NCBI GenBank assembly: GCA_000092065.1
Contig: CP000583.1
Source: Ostreococcus lucimarinus
Lineage: Eukaryota
Direction: 5' to 3' (one strand)
DNA length: 64,000 nt
Below are positions 44,945 to 55,670 of this stretch, one piece after another; the first letter of the stretch is position 1, and every line of letters starts with the position of its first letter. The position numbers and the translations under genes are program-made. The notes under the pieces are model-generated. The model made no database searches. It saw only the letters and a list, made by a program, of their open reading frames with translations, and had not been told where the DNA came from.

Positions 44945-46345
44945 TTATCTGGATCGCTTTTTTCGAGACTTGCGGCTGTTTTGTGGGCGACCATCGTTAG
45001 ATTTTGGCGGGGCCGAGTTCGGGACATCCATGATTTCGGGAGTCACGACCTCAACAACGTTTGCGGGACCATCGTCGAAATCGGCGAACTCGGCAGCTAC
45101 GGCATCGCTAACTTCTTCAACTCTCGGTGGCGGTCTGACGGGCATTTGCGCGCCGCTTCTTCTTTGAGACTTGGGCACGTATTCAACACGCACGGGCTCC
45201 GCACCGTTCGCACCACCAGCAGCACCGGACTTTGCGACGGGCGGCTCGGGCGCCGTAGTCGTTTTTCGGAGGATGAGCGTCTGGGCTGTGGTGATGATGT
45301 TGTTCGCGAACCAGTACAAGGTGAGACCGGCCGGAACGTTGAGAGAGAAGAAACCAATCATGAGCGGAAGGAACTTCAAAATGGCCTGGCTTTGTTGTTG
45401 GGCCGGGTCATCGGTCTTCGGCTGAGGGCTGACAATTTGCTGCGACACGTATTGGGAGGCCACGAGCAACACCGGGAGCACTAAGTAGGCGGTGGTGTCG
45501 TGCCAGCCGAGCGGGGGGTGACCGTCGACGAACGGCCAAAGCCAGGCGAAGCCACTTCCCGCGTTACGAGAAGCGATGGACGTCGGACCACCGAGGGAAG
45601 GAATCCAATAGAAACCATCCGTGAGCAAGCCTTCGGACGCGGCGTTGCTCAACGCGCGATACAACCCGATAAACACTGGAAGCGTGGCGAACACTGGCAA
45701 GCACCCCGCGAGAGGGTTGAAGCCCGCCTCCTTGTACAATCTGGCTTGCTCCATTTGCAATCGCTCCGGATCGTTCGCGTACATCGCTTGAAGTTCCTTG
45801 ATTCGCGGTTGCATCGCTTGCATCTGCATCGAGCTCTCCACCTGCTTCTTGGACAACGGGAACGTCGCGAGCTTCACCAGCACCGTCAACACGATGATGG
45901 AAAACCCGTAAGAGTACGGCACCCGTCCGTCCAAGACGCTATCGATCCCCTCGAGCGCGGACTCCAGCCCATCCGTAATAGGTCCTAACCACCCACCCTT
46001 CTGTAATCCCGCCGCCTTGAGCGCCTCCGCATCGTTCAAATCTATCCCCGCCGTCGCCGCCGCGGCGTCCGCCACGTCGAACACGCGCGACGTCACGAGC
46101 GTCGCGTGCGCGTTCGCCGTCGCCGCCTGCGCGCGTTCGGCGAATTCACCGAGCGCATCGATCGCGCTCGCGCCCGCGACGACGCTCGCGCGTCGCGCGT
46201 TCGTCCGCGTCGCGTTCGCGCGTCGCGCGCCGGTCGAGCCGCCGCGCGTCGAGGTCACGACCGCGCTCGTCGTCGTGCGTCGCGCGCATCGCGTCCCGCG
46301 CGTCGCGCGATGCGCGCCGACGGCGGAGGATGACGAGGCGAGCAT
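44945..46345 (-). CDS. ALB3: ALBINO3/YidC/Oxa1-family membrane insertase (chloroplast ALB3-like) with transit peptide
   Basis: YGFSIIVLTVLVKLATFPLSKKQVESSMQMQAMQPRIKELQAMYANDPERLQMEQARLYKEAGFNPLAGCLPVFATLPVFIGLYRAL. ATG at 46345. Confidence 0.85.
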   Translation of the reverse strand: MLASSSSAVGAHRATRGTRCARRTTTSAVVTSTRGGSTGARRANATRTNARRASVVAGASAIDALGEFAERAQAATANAHATLVTSRVFDVADAAAATAGIDLNDAEALKAAGLQKGGWLGPITDGLESALEGIDSVLDGRVPYSYGFSIIVLTVLVKLATFPLSKKQVESSMQMQAMQPRIKELQAMYANDPERLQMEQARLYKEAGFNPLAGCLPVFATLPVFIGLYRALSNAASEGLLTDGFYWIPSLGGPTSIASRNAGSGFAWLWPFVDGHPPLGWHDTTAYLVLPVLLVASQYVSQQIVSPQPKTDDPAQQQSQAILKFLPLMIGFFSLNVPAGLTLYWFANNIITTAQTLILRKTTTAPEPPVAKSGAAGGANGAEPVRVEYVPKSQRRSGAQMPVRPPPRVEEVSDAVAAEFADFDDGPANVVEVVTPEIMDVPNSAPPKSNDGRPQNSRKSRKKRSR

Positions 46346-46635
46346 CGTGTGTCTCGTTCGGGCGTGCTTCGAACGCGAGGACGCGCGTCGTCGTGTGCCG
46401 ACGCGCGAGGGGCAAAATCATCTTTTGCGGGTGACGTTGTCAAAAAATCGGCGAATCAGGACTCGCCGATTTAGGACATCGCGACTGGGGACTTATCTGG
46501 GCGTCGCGAGACGCGCTCGGATTACAATTGAGTTGGTAAATGATCGCGAACGCGTGCGGTTGAGACTAAGACGCGCGCGAGCGATGCGCTCGATTCGATT
46601 GTCAATTTGCCGTTGTACACGGCGCGGGTGGAAGT

Positions 46636-49460
46636 TTACCGAATGGCGTCGGCGACGAGTTGGGCTTGCTCTTGCGCGTGCACGGCGGCGTACCCGGTTG
46701 CGGGCGAAGACGCGGGTTTGCGACCAGCGTAGCGCGTTTCGCCCGATCGACCGAGGTCTTTGAACAACGTACTCATTCTCGGTTGGACGTGCCACCACGC
46801 GCCCATGTTCATCGGTTCCTCTTGGCACCAAACAACTTCGGCATTCGGGTAACGCTTCAATTCGCGCTTGACGAGATCCCACGGGAACGGCGCGAGTTGT
46901 TCGATGCGGCAGATTTTCACCCTGTCGATGTTCTTCGCCGCATCGCGTTCGTCGTCGAGATCGTAGTAAACCTTTCCGGAGCAGAAGATGACTCTTTCCA
47001 CCTCATTCTCCGCAGGAGAGTCCATGCTGCGCGACTTCGAAGTCTTGTCCATGATAAGTCGCTTGAAGCGAACGCCTTGAAGTGAATCGTTGTCGTCGCT
47101 GTTATCGAACTCGCTGATATCGGAGACCGCTTTCGGATGACGCAATAGATTCTTCGGGCTCATCACGACGAGCGGCTTGCGGAATTCACGATGAACCTGT
47201 CGGCGCAACATGTGGAAATAGTTTGCGGGCGTGGTGACGTTGCAAATTTGCCAGTTGCATTCTTGCAACTGCGTGCGGCGTTCCATTTCCATCTCAGGGA
47301 TCTGCGTCGGATCTTCGTCAGCCATTTGCAAGAAACGTTCAAGTCGAGCGCTACTGTGCTCGGGACCTTGTCCGTCGTAACCATGCGGAAGAAGTAGCGT
47401 GAGACCGCTTTGACGTAACCACTTTGCCTCACCGCTGCTGATAAATTGATCGATGATGACTTGAGCCGTATTCGAGAAATCACCAAACTGCGCTTCCCAT
47501 AAGATCAAACAGTTGGGATGCTCAAGAGAGTAGCCAAGTTCGAAACCGAGCACACCGTACTCGGACAAAGAAGAGTTGCAAACCGTGAAGAAGTTCTGAC
47601 CTCGACCCGGGTTGCCGCTGTAGACGTTTCGCAAAGGAATGAAACGCTCGCCCGTGATTTGATCATGAATCAGCGCGTGACGATGAGAAAAAGTGCCACG
47701 CTCGACATCTTGTCCAGACAAACGCACATGGTTGCCTTCATCGAGTAAAGAAGCGAACGCCAAAGCTTCGCCCATGGCCCAATCGATACCGTTGCCGTTT
47801 TCAATCATGGCGCGACGATTTTCATAAACGCGCTTCACGACTCGATGTGGTGTAAATCCCGCAGGAATCGCGGTGATAAGTTGTCCGAGATTCTTTATGT
47901 GATCCATCGGTAAGCCAGTGTCTGCGATGCGCGAAAGCTGATCCGGGCTCTTGAAACCTTGCCAATGCGATGCGAGCCAGTCACGTTGCTTCGGAACATA
48001 GTCCTTTGACGCCGTGAACTCCTCTTCCATAATGTTATTGATCTTTTCCTTCATGCTGACGAAGTCTTCCGGGGTGATGATGCCTTCGTTGACGAGTTTG
48101 GCGCTATATTTCGTCAAAACACTGGGATGTTGCTGAATCACCTTGTACATAAGAGGTTGCGTGAACATGGGTTCATCAATCTCGTTGTGACCGTATTTGC
48201 GATAGCACACGATGTCGACTACGGCGTCCGTCTTCCATTTCATTCTCCATTCGGTGGCGAGTTCCATGACCCACGCCACCGCTTCCACGTCATCACCGTT
48301 AACGTGAAACACTGGAACTTCCATGCCCTTAGCTACATCGGTGCAGTAAGCGCTCGAGCGTGAGTACTTTGGATCAGTCGTAAAGGCGACTTGGTTGTTC
48401 ACGACGATGTGCAAAGTCCCACCGACGCTGTACTCGGGCAATTTGCTCATGTCAAGCGTCTCGTACACAATCCCTTGACCACTGAAAGCACCGTCACCGT
48501 GCAGCAAGATAGGCATAGAACGATCGCCGTTCGGATCTTTCGTGTAGAACTGCTTCGCACGAGTCTTTCCAGTAACCACCGTGTTTACCGCCTCAAGATG
48601 CGATGGATTCGCAACCAAGGAAAGATGGATTTGACCGCCGCGTAACGTCGGACGATCGAACGAAGTCCCGAGATGATATTTCACATCGCCTGATCCAGTA
48701 TACTGCGATTCCGTGTTCGGTAACTCGTCCACGAGTTTTGGACCACCCTTAAACTCGTTGAAAATCGTTTGAAGCGGTTTGCGCACGACGTTCGCGAGCA
48801 CATTTAAACGACCGCGGTGCGGCATACCGATCGTGATAGCTTCAACCCCCATCTCGGCCGCCTTATCGATCGCTTCCTTAAATCCAGGCACGAGGCTTTC
48901 ACAACCTTCCAAACCGAATCGCTTCGCTGCGCTGTACTTGTTGGACAAGAAACCTTCGAAAAGTTCGCCCCAAGCTAAGCGGTCCAAAATAATTTGTTTC
49001 CGTTCCGGCGAATACTGCTTCTTGCGCTCGGTCTCGATTTTCGCTCGAAGCCAGTTACATTGCTCACGATCTTGAATATGCATGTACTCGTAGCCCACCG
49101 TGCCGCAGTACGTCTCTTTGAGCCTGGTCAAGATTTGACGCAACGTCTGCACCGGACGGTCTTCGCTCAAGAAGCCCTTCATTTTCCAAGTTCCAATAAA
49201 GAAATCTCGATCCATATCGTCTTCCGTGAACCCGTACAGGCTTGGATCGAGAGAGATTGGCATCTCACGCTCATCAAGCGCCAATGGATCGAGATTGGCG
49301 ATGCTATGTCCGCTAATTTGATACGAGCGGATCAACATCATCAACCGCATGGATTCCTGAATCGTTTGCGCGTCCAACGGTCGCCCCACAGCCATAGGCG
49401 CCGTACCCGTCGACATCGCGGTGTACATTTCAGATATTTCAGCTCCACTCACGCCCGCAT
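46636..49460 (-). CDS. OGDH: 2-oxoglutarate dehydrogenase E1 component, exon 2
   Basis: 938-aa ORF collinear with OGDH E1 (TPP-binding and transketolase-like domains). Joined to exon 1 through a 164-nt intron. Confidence 0.85.
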
Positions 49461-49624
49461 CTGTTTACGCGAAAAAATGCACGGAATTCTCGTCAGTCTT
49501 CGTTCGCTCCGAATTTGGATTGGTCCGCCAACCGAATTGAGGGAATTGAATCGCGCGCCGTTCCAGTTCGCCTTCAAAACCTCATCCTCGCCGTCTCGCG
49601 CATCCATCGACGATCGCTACGTAC

Positions 49625-50045
49625 CCATCTGTCTCAACAACGACGCCCACGATTCCGGTACGCTCTTCGGATCCTTCCTGTACTCGTCCTCCATCGCCTC
49701 CAAGTACGCCGCGCTCGAGGCGTTTAAAAAGTCATCCCTCATCTCTCGATTCGGCGTCGGTTTCGGCGGCGCCACGCTCGCGCTCGCCTTCGATCGCGCG
49801 AACACCGCTTCAGCCATATTTTCACGCGTCGCTCGTTCGCCGTGAACGCGCGCGCACGCCGACGCGGGCATCATTCGTCGCGGAGAATTCGCCAACGACA
49901 TCAATCCGCGACGGCACGGCGCGATCGGCGCGCGCGTCGTCGCCGTTCGCGCGGCGCACGCGGCGCGCGCGCGATCGAACGCGCGCGCGACGCTCGGCGA
50001 TGCGAGCGCGCGGATGACGCGTCGACGCGCGTGCGACGACGACAT
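49625..50045 (-). CDS. OGDH: 2-oxoglutarate dehydrogenase E1, exon 1 (transit peptide plus conserved N-terminal motif)
   Basis: FLNASSAAYLEAMEDEYRKDPKSVPESWASLL matches the OGDH N-terminal box FLSGxSSxYVEEMYxAWLENPKSVHKSW. The exon ends CAGATGG|GTACGT (phase 1). The acceptor is AAACAG at 49463..49461, with CTGAC 33 nt upstream. Confidence 0.6.
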
Positions 50046-50214
50046 GGTCGACTCGCCGCGCTCGCAGCGAGCGGTTCGTTATGCCGTGCCGCCCGTCGCG
50101 CTCGGGTGGTTGACCAGACAGACGGACGACGGCTCGCGCGAGGGCTCGCGCGACGGCGAGACGTCCGATGACGAAAGTGATCGAGCGATGACACTGGAAG
50201 AAAAAAAATACTTA

Positions 50215-51315
50215 TCACTTTTTGGCGAACACGCCTTGGTATAAATAGACGGCGACGATGCTCGCGGAAACGGCGAGCGCGCCGACGTAGTTGTAGACGC
50301 CGCCGCTCGCGTTTTCCAGTTGCGCGGCGGTCGGGGAGAGCGCGGTGGCGGCGCCGAAGGTGTAGATGGTCATCCAATCGATCAATGCGATCGATGCGGC
50401 TATGGATAGATTGAGTTTTTTGAACGTGCCGCCGCCCAAGCGACCGCGCTTGGCGGCGTCAATGAGTATGTACTGCGTCGGCGCGAGAAGAAAAACCGTC
50501 GCGAGACCGAACGCGCGTTGAATCAGTTGCGAGCTCGGTTCCATCTCGTTCACGATAGCCAACGGTGAAAGCGGGCTGAAGGCGAAAGAGCCACCAACGA
50601 CGAGGCTAGTCCAGAACGAAACCTTGTAGAAGAGCTCGAGATAGCCACCCGTTTCGGAGCGCTCGTTGAGGTTCTTCGCTTCTGCGAAATCTTTGCCTAC
50701 GCGCGCCCACGTCTCGTCGTGTCCCGGGCCGTATTCTCGAATCGCCTTCACACTCGTCGCGAACGCCGGCGCGAACGTCACCAAGAGTCCGCCCACCGCC
50801 GCCGCGTTCGGTCCCGTCTCGCCCGTCGCCTGACTTTGTAAGTACGCGCCTAAGAAAGCCACTGCGAAGCTTCCCGTGAACAAAACCATCGCCAGCGCCA
50901 ATCGCTGATACGTCTCCGAATTCAACCGACTATTCTTCGCCGCGTCTGCGAGCGTGTACAACGCCGTGAGCGCGATCAAAGCGAACGCATCCGTCCCAAA
51001 GGCGTTACTAAAGTGCTGCACGCTCGCGAGGCTCGAAAAGCTTTGTCCAAACAGCGGCGTCGCGCACTCCAACCCGAGCCCATTCGTCACGAGCGCGCTC
51101 GGATACGCCAAAGTCGCAAGCGTGGGCACACCCATGGCGATCGCCGAGGCGATAAACGCGCCCTCCTCGCCGCCGTCGTTCGTTTTCGATGAAGATGACG
51201 AAGACGCGCGGTTGGCGGTAATCATCCGTCCCACGCGCGCGCCTCCTCGCGCGATCACGCGTTTCGGCTCGACGCGCGATCGCGCGTGACATCGCGCGTC
51301 GATCACCGCGCGCAT
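50215..51315 (-). CDS. Polytopic membrane protein with an internal duplication (two similar hydrophobic modules), possible transit peptide
   Basis: Repeated modules FALIALTALYTLADAAKNSRLNSETYQRLALAMVLFTGSF and FLLAPTQYILIDAAKRGRLGGGTFKKLNLSIAASIALIDW. ATG tentatively at 51315. Confidence 0.45.
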   Translation of the reverse strand: MRAVIDARCHARSRVEPKRVIARGGARVGRMITANRASSSSSSKTNDGGEEGAFIASAIAMGVPTLATLAYPSALVTNGLGLECATPLFGQSFSSLASVQHFSNAFGTDAFALIALTALYTLADAAKNSRLNSETYQRLALAMVLFTGSFAVAFLGAYLQSQATGETGPNAAAVGGLLVTFAPAFATSVKAIREYGPGHDETWARVGKDFAEAKNLNERSETGGYLELFYKVSFWTSLVVGGSFAFSPLSPLAIVNEMEPSSQLIQRAFGLATVFLLAPTQYILIDAAKRGRLGGGTFKKLNLSIAASIALIDWMTIYTFGAATALSPTAAQLENASGGVYNYVGALAVSASIVAVYLYQGVFAKK

Positions 51316-51407
51316 GCTCGTTGACGCCGGTCGAGACGCCGCGCGCGTCTGTGCCGCACACGTCGACGCGCGGCGACGACGCTCAACGCTTTGCCGCGTC
51401 GACGACG

Positions 51408-52394
51408 ATGTCCAACTACCCGACGTCGACGCAGAAGAGCTTTTGGCTGTACGACACGCACGAGGACGTGCGCGCGGCGCGCGAGGAGACGCGCGCGACG
51501 ACGCTGAAGAGTGCGACTTTGAACGATGATGGAGAATCCACATCGGCGAAAACGGTGGAGAAGGACGCGTTGACGAGCGAGGAAGAGCGATTGATCCTGC
51601 GGTATCACGAACATAAGATTCAGACGATATGCGCGGCGTTTGTGCTGCCGCGAAAGGTGAAGAGCACGGCGGTGATGTTGTTTAAGAGGTTCACGCTGCG
51701 ACACGGCGTCGGAGCGCACAGCCTGAAGATTATCATGTTGACGAGCATATACGTCGCGTGTAAGGTTGAGGAGAGTTACATCAGCGCTGATGAGTTTTGC
51801 AAAGGGGTGAGAGAGGATCCGGCGCGAGTGCTCGCGGCGGAGGTGACGTTTTTGTCGGGATTGAAGTTTCAGCTCGTGTGCTACGGCGCCGCTCGACCGC
51901 TCGACGGGTTCCTCAGAGACGTGGAAGATGGAGGGTGTAAGGTCACAGGCGCACAGCTTGTGGCGTGCCGAAAGAGCGCTTTAGAGACGATCGATGCGTT
52001 GATGCTCACGGATGTTCCTTTAGTGCGTCCTCCGGGACAAATCGCACTGTGCGCGCTTCGTCGCGCTGCGCGCCAAGCCGAGGCAACGGACCTTGTCGAG
52101 TATTGTGAAGCCGTCGGTGCGCGCGCGACGGGGATCGTCAAAGCGCCCAAGGGGGCGTTGTTGAAGGGCATTTTAGATGAGATCGAGACGCACGTCGAGG
52201 ACGGCACTGAGCCCGACGAGGCGGTGGTGAAGAAGATCGACAAAAAGCTCAAACTGTGGCGAGCAAAGTACGTCGCGGCGAGCAAGGCGACGGCGGAGGA
52301 CGAAGCGAAGAAGACCGAGCGCGACGCCAAACGACGAAAGAGCGAACAATTTCGCCAAGAAATGATCGCTGCCGAGGAGGACGCATTAGGATGA
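51408..52394 (+). CDS. CCNH: Cyclin H (CDK-activating kinase cyclin)
   Basis: MSNYPTSTQKSFWLY..., KSTAVMLFKRFTLRHG, LKIIMLTSIYVACKVEE are collinear with human CCNH (MYHNSSQKRHWTF..., VGTACMYFKRFYLNNS, IIMLTCAFLACKVDE). ATG at 51408. Confidence 0.75.
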   Translation: MSNYPTSTQKSFWLYDTHEDVRAAREETRATTLKSATLNDDGESTSAKTVEKDALTSEEERLILRYHEHKIQTICAAFVLPRKVKSTAVMLFKRFTLRHGVGAHSLKIIMLTSIYVACKVEESYISADEFCKGVREDPARVLAAEVTFLSGLKFQLVCYGAARPLDGFLRDVEDGGCKVTGAQLVACRKSALETIDALMLTDVPLVRPPGQIALCALRRAARQAEATDLVEYCEAVGARATGIVKAPKGALLKGILDEIETHVEDGTEPDEAVVKKIDKKLKLWRAKYVAASKATAEDEAKKTERDAKRRKSEQFRQEMIAAEEDALG

Positions 52395-53068
52395 CGCGCT
52401 CGCTAAATGCACTTTGCTTTAATATACTTCAATAGCTCTGCGCACGCTGAGGTTAACTCACTCCACAACTTCGCGCGCGTGTGTCGTGCGCGCGCGCGCG
52501 CGGACGTCAAAAAGCGCTCACCAGTCGAAAGGACACGCGCGGATGTATTAACGCACGTGGCGTGCGCATCGCCCGCAGAGTACGTCGTTCGCATTCCTCT
52601 TCCGCGTTCGCGCCGCCTCTCCTCTCAACAAGCGAACTTACCCCCGCCTCGGCGTCTTTCATCGCCGTTGGCGGTTTTTCAACCTCGCAAAACTAAAGAT
52701 GGATTTTTTAGGACACCTCCGAGAAACACTTTGGAGCCTCTCCCTGTACAACACCGCGTCGGCGACGAATTAACTCGGTCGAGGTTGGTGTGCCACGGGG
52801 CTACATTCTGCGTGTCGAACTTTTTTTGTTGTTCTCATTCAGCGTCGAATCGTCGCGAGCGTGCGTTCGATGTGCGTGGCGTTCGATCAACTGACAAGTT
52901 TCGTGTGTCTTATTCGCGTTCATTCGTGCAGGTCGACGCACGCGGAATCGGCGTCGACGCGTCCACACGCGTCCACTCGCGTCCACTTGATTTATTTGTA
53001 ATTTGTAACAACCCACTGTAAGCTATAGTGCGCTCCTAATACAATGTCGTCTAATCTATATGCTCGCG

Positions 53069-53411
53069 CTACTTCTCTACGTGCCCTGCTGGTAAGAGCG
53101 CCGCCGCCACGCTCCGTCCTTCCTCTACCAAGACATTGAACGTGCTCGTCGCGTTGACGGTGTCGCTCGCGTCCACAGCAACGCCGAGCTCCTTCAAATA
53201 ATTCAGCGTCTCCTCGTTCAGCGTCGCGACGGTTCGCCCCGTGCCAACGATAAGTAAATCAGGCGTCGGGTCGAGAATCTCCAGCGCCGCCAAGGTCTCG
53301 GGCGTGATCTCACTCACTCGCGTCGGCGACCACGCCGCGTGCAGCGAGTCGTACGCGAAGACGCCGCCGACGCAATACGCGCCTTTGATCGCGAACCCAC
53401 GCGCGTCGTAG
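53069..53411 (-). CDS. NDUFAF3-like (DUF498/MTH938 domain) protein, exon 2
   Basis: YDARGFAIKGAYCVGGVFAYDSLHAAWSP...LLIVGTGRTVATLNEETLNYLKELGVAVDASDTVNATSTFNVLVEEGRSVAAALLP is collinear with NDUFAF3 (YIDSYNSRGFMINGNRVLGP...VVVGTGDRTE...). Confidence 0.6.
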
Positions 53412-53501
53412 CTGTCGAGCGAAAGCATCGCGTGCGGTCAGTGCTTGATTCCATCGCGTGGATGTCGTGCGTGTCGCGCGCGCGGCGTCGTTTGCGCGTA
53501 C

Positions 53502-53686
53502 TTGTCGAAGATGACTCGTCCCTCTGGACCTTGCAGCAGCTCAAACGTGTTCGGATCGGATAACTGCCCGTACGCGCGCGCGAACGGCAGCTCGCAGCGC
53601 GAGCAAGACGTGGACGCTATCATGACGTGTGATGGCGCGCGCGCGATGAGCCTACGCGCGAGACGAGACGCGGTGGACGCGAGCAT
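53502..53686 (-). CDS. NDUFAF3-like protein, exon 1 (presequence-like N-terminus)
   Basis: ATG at 53686. The exon ends ...TTCGACAA|GTACGC. A 90-nt intron follows (CTGAC 27 nt upstream of the GACAG acceptor at 53413..53412), giving the junction IFD-N-YDARGF. Confidence 0.5.
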
Positions 53687-53757
53687 GCGGGCAGACTTGT
53701 GCAGTTGCGCGCGCGTTAAGTTACAAAATTGTTGATCCGTGTTCTAGGGCATCAATA

Positions 53758-55413
53758 CTACTGCATTAATTCGGCCTCGATTTCTTCGAGCGTTTTACCG
53801 CGAGTTTCAACGACGGTGAAGTAAATCGATGCCAAAGCTAGGACGCCGACGGACGCGAAGCCCAAATACGTGCCGCGCAAGCCGACGGTTTCTTGCACTG
53901 TTGGAAGGAACAAGGACACGAGAAAGTTGCTACCAAAGTTACTCAGCGTAGCCAATCCTACGGCTGCGGAGCGCACCTTGGATGGAAAGACCTCGCCCAC
54001 GAGCAACCACGCGATCGGGCCGAAACTTAACTGATACGCGCCGACATAAAGAAAGATGGCGGCGACGGACGCTTGCGCTTGCGCCGTCGTTTGCACCTCT
54101 CCGGGCGTGTTCAGCGCCGCCAATGCAAACAAACATGCAGTGATGATGCTAATACCACCGAGCAACAGCGGACGTCGTCCCAGGCTGTCCACTTTGGAGA
54201 CGGCGATGCCAGTCATAAATAGCTTCCAGATGCCGAGAATGACGGAGACATTTGCCGCGTCCTCGACGCTCCAACCGGCGGCTTCGAACGTCTGCGTCGC
54301 GTAGTACAGTACGCTCGGTTGCCCGGTAAATTGCTGAAATAAGACCACAGACAGTCCAATGTACAACGGCCGCACATATTTCTTGTCAAACAAACTCATC
54401 GCGCCCGAGCCGCCGGCGGAGCTGTTGTTGCTCACCGCGGCCATGAAAATATCCTCCAATTCTTCGTCAATCTTCATCATCTCCACGTCACTCTTCGCCT
54501 CTCTAATTCTAACTAGTGCCTCACGCGCCTCATCACGCGTGTCTTTCCCATCTCCACTCTTGGACGCGATCCATCGAGGCGAATCGGGCAACCAAATCGC
54601 GCCCGCGAGCAACAAACCGATTAGAGGCGTCGCCTCCAGCGATAGTTGCCTCCAGCCTCCGTCAGCAGTGATCACGCCTTCGCTCGCCAAGTAACCGAGC
54701 AAAATACCGCCCACGATGAATCCTTCCTTAAGCGAAATGAGACTTCCACGCAACGAGCTTGGCGCGGTTTCCGCGATGTACACCGGCGCGCTGTGCATCG
54801 CAAAGCCGATTCCCAAACCATAAATCAACTTGGCCAGAACCAAAGGCTCAAATCCTGGCGCGACACTCGACGCAACACTCCCAACCAAATACAGCGTCGC
54901 CGCCAATATGAGCTCTTTCCTCGAGCCTAATCGATCGCCCACGCCGGCGCCGGCCGCTGCGCTCGCCGTCAACGCGCCGAATAGCGAAGCGCTCACAAAC
55001 TGCCCACTCTGTATGCTGGTCAGCGCAAACCCGTCCCCTCCACTCGCCGCACTCGCGGTGATGTTCTCCAGTGCCCCCGAGGAGATTCCGATATCCCATC
55101 CGAAGAGTGCGCCCGCGAGCGCCGGGAACAAAAAGTTTCGAAGCACCGCAGCGTTGAGTTCACCGTCGTTCCCGCCTTCGTTCGACGTCGACGCCGCACG
55201 CGCGGTCGCACACCGTCGTGCATGACGCGTATGCGCGCGTAACACGCCGCGGGGCGTCGATATCGACTTTCCAACCCCTTGGATGCGCGTCGATGCGCGT
55301 GTGCCGCGTCGCCGCGGCAACGCAACGTTCGCGCTCGTGGACGCGCGCATCGAGCGATTGGTCGTGTACAGCGCGCGCGATGTCGTCGGTGAGGCGACTC
55401 GCTTGGCTAACAT
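53758..55413 (-). CDS. MFS sugar-porter family transporter, plastidic glucose transporter-like, with transit peptide
   Basis: 12 TM helices. Sugar porter motifs (GR.., PESPRW, ...). Ser/Thr/Arg-rich N-terminal presequence. ATG at 55413. Confidence 0.7.
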   Translation of the reverse strand: MLAKRVASPTTSRALYTTNRSMRASTSANVALPRRRGTRASTRIQGVGKSISTPRGVLRAHTRHARRCATARAASTSNEGGNDGELNAAVLRNFLFPALAGALFGWDIGISSGALENITASAASGGDGFALTSIQSGQFVSASLFGALTASAAAGAGVGDRLGSRKELILAATLYLVGSVASSVAPGFEPLVLAKLIYGLGIGFAMHSAPVYIAETAPSSLRGSLISLKEGFIVGGILLGYLASEGVITADGGWRQLSLEATPLIGLLLAGAIWLPDSPRWIASKSGDGKDTRDEAREALVRIREAKSDVEMMKIDEELEDIFMAAVSNNSSAGGSGAMSLFDKKYVRPLYIGLSVVLFQQFTGQPSVLYYATQTFEAAGWSVEDAANVSVILGIWKLFMTGIAVSKVDSLGRRPLLLGGISIITACLFALAALNTPGEVQTTAQAQASVAAIFLYVGAYQLSFGPIAWLLVGEVFPSKVRSAAVGLATLSNFGSNFLVSLFLPTVQETVGLRGTYLGFASVGVLALASIYFTVVETRGKTLEEIEAELMQ

Positions 55414-55670
55414 CGCCTCTTCTATTAGTCCTCTCTCGTGCGCGCGTGCGTGTGAAGCAAACTATGAAGTGAAGTTTGGATAAAGTCACCGCGGCGTGGC
55501 GCGGCGACGGCGAATGGTGAGATGCGAGGCGTGATTGAGAGGGACGATGAGTATTGTTGATGATTATTGATGTTATAAACTGCGCGTGCGTGGCGCTGTT
55601 GTACACGTGGCGGTACGTGGCGGCTGTCGTACGTGTATTTGTTTCACAGTGAAGTACAATTCTCGCGCTC

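Noticed and set aside
52395-53068. 204-aa (+) ORF (52407..53021) in the spacer between cyclin H and the NDUFAF3-like gene.
   Set aside because: No domain-like features. It sits where two convergent 3'UTRs are expected. It is AT-richer, with a patchy composition unlike neighbouring coding sequence.
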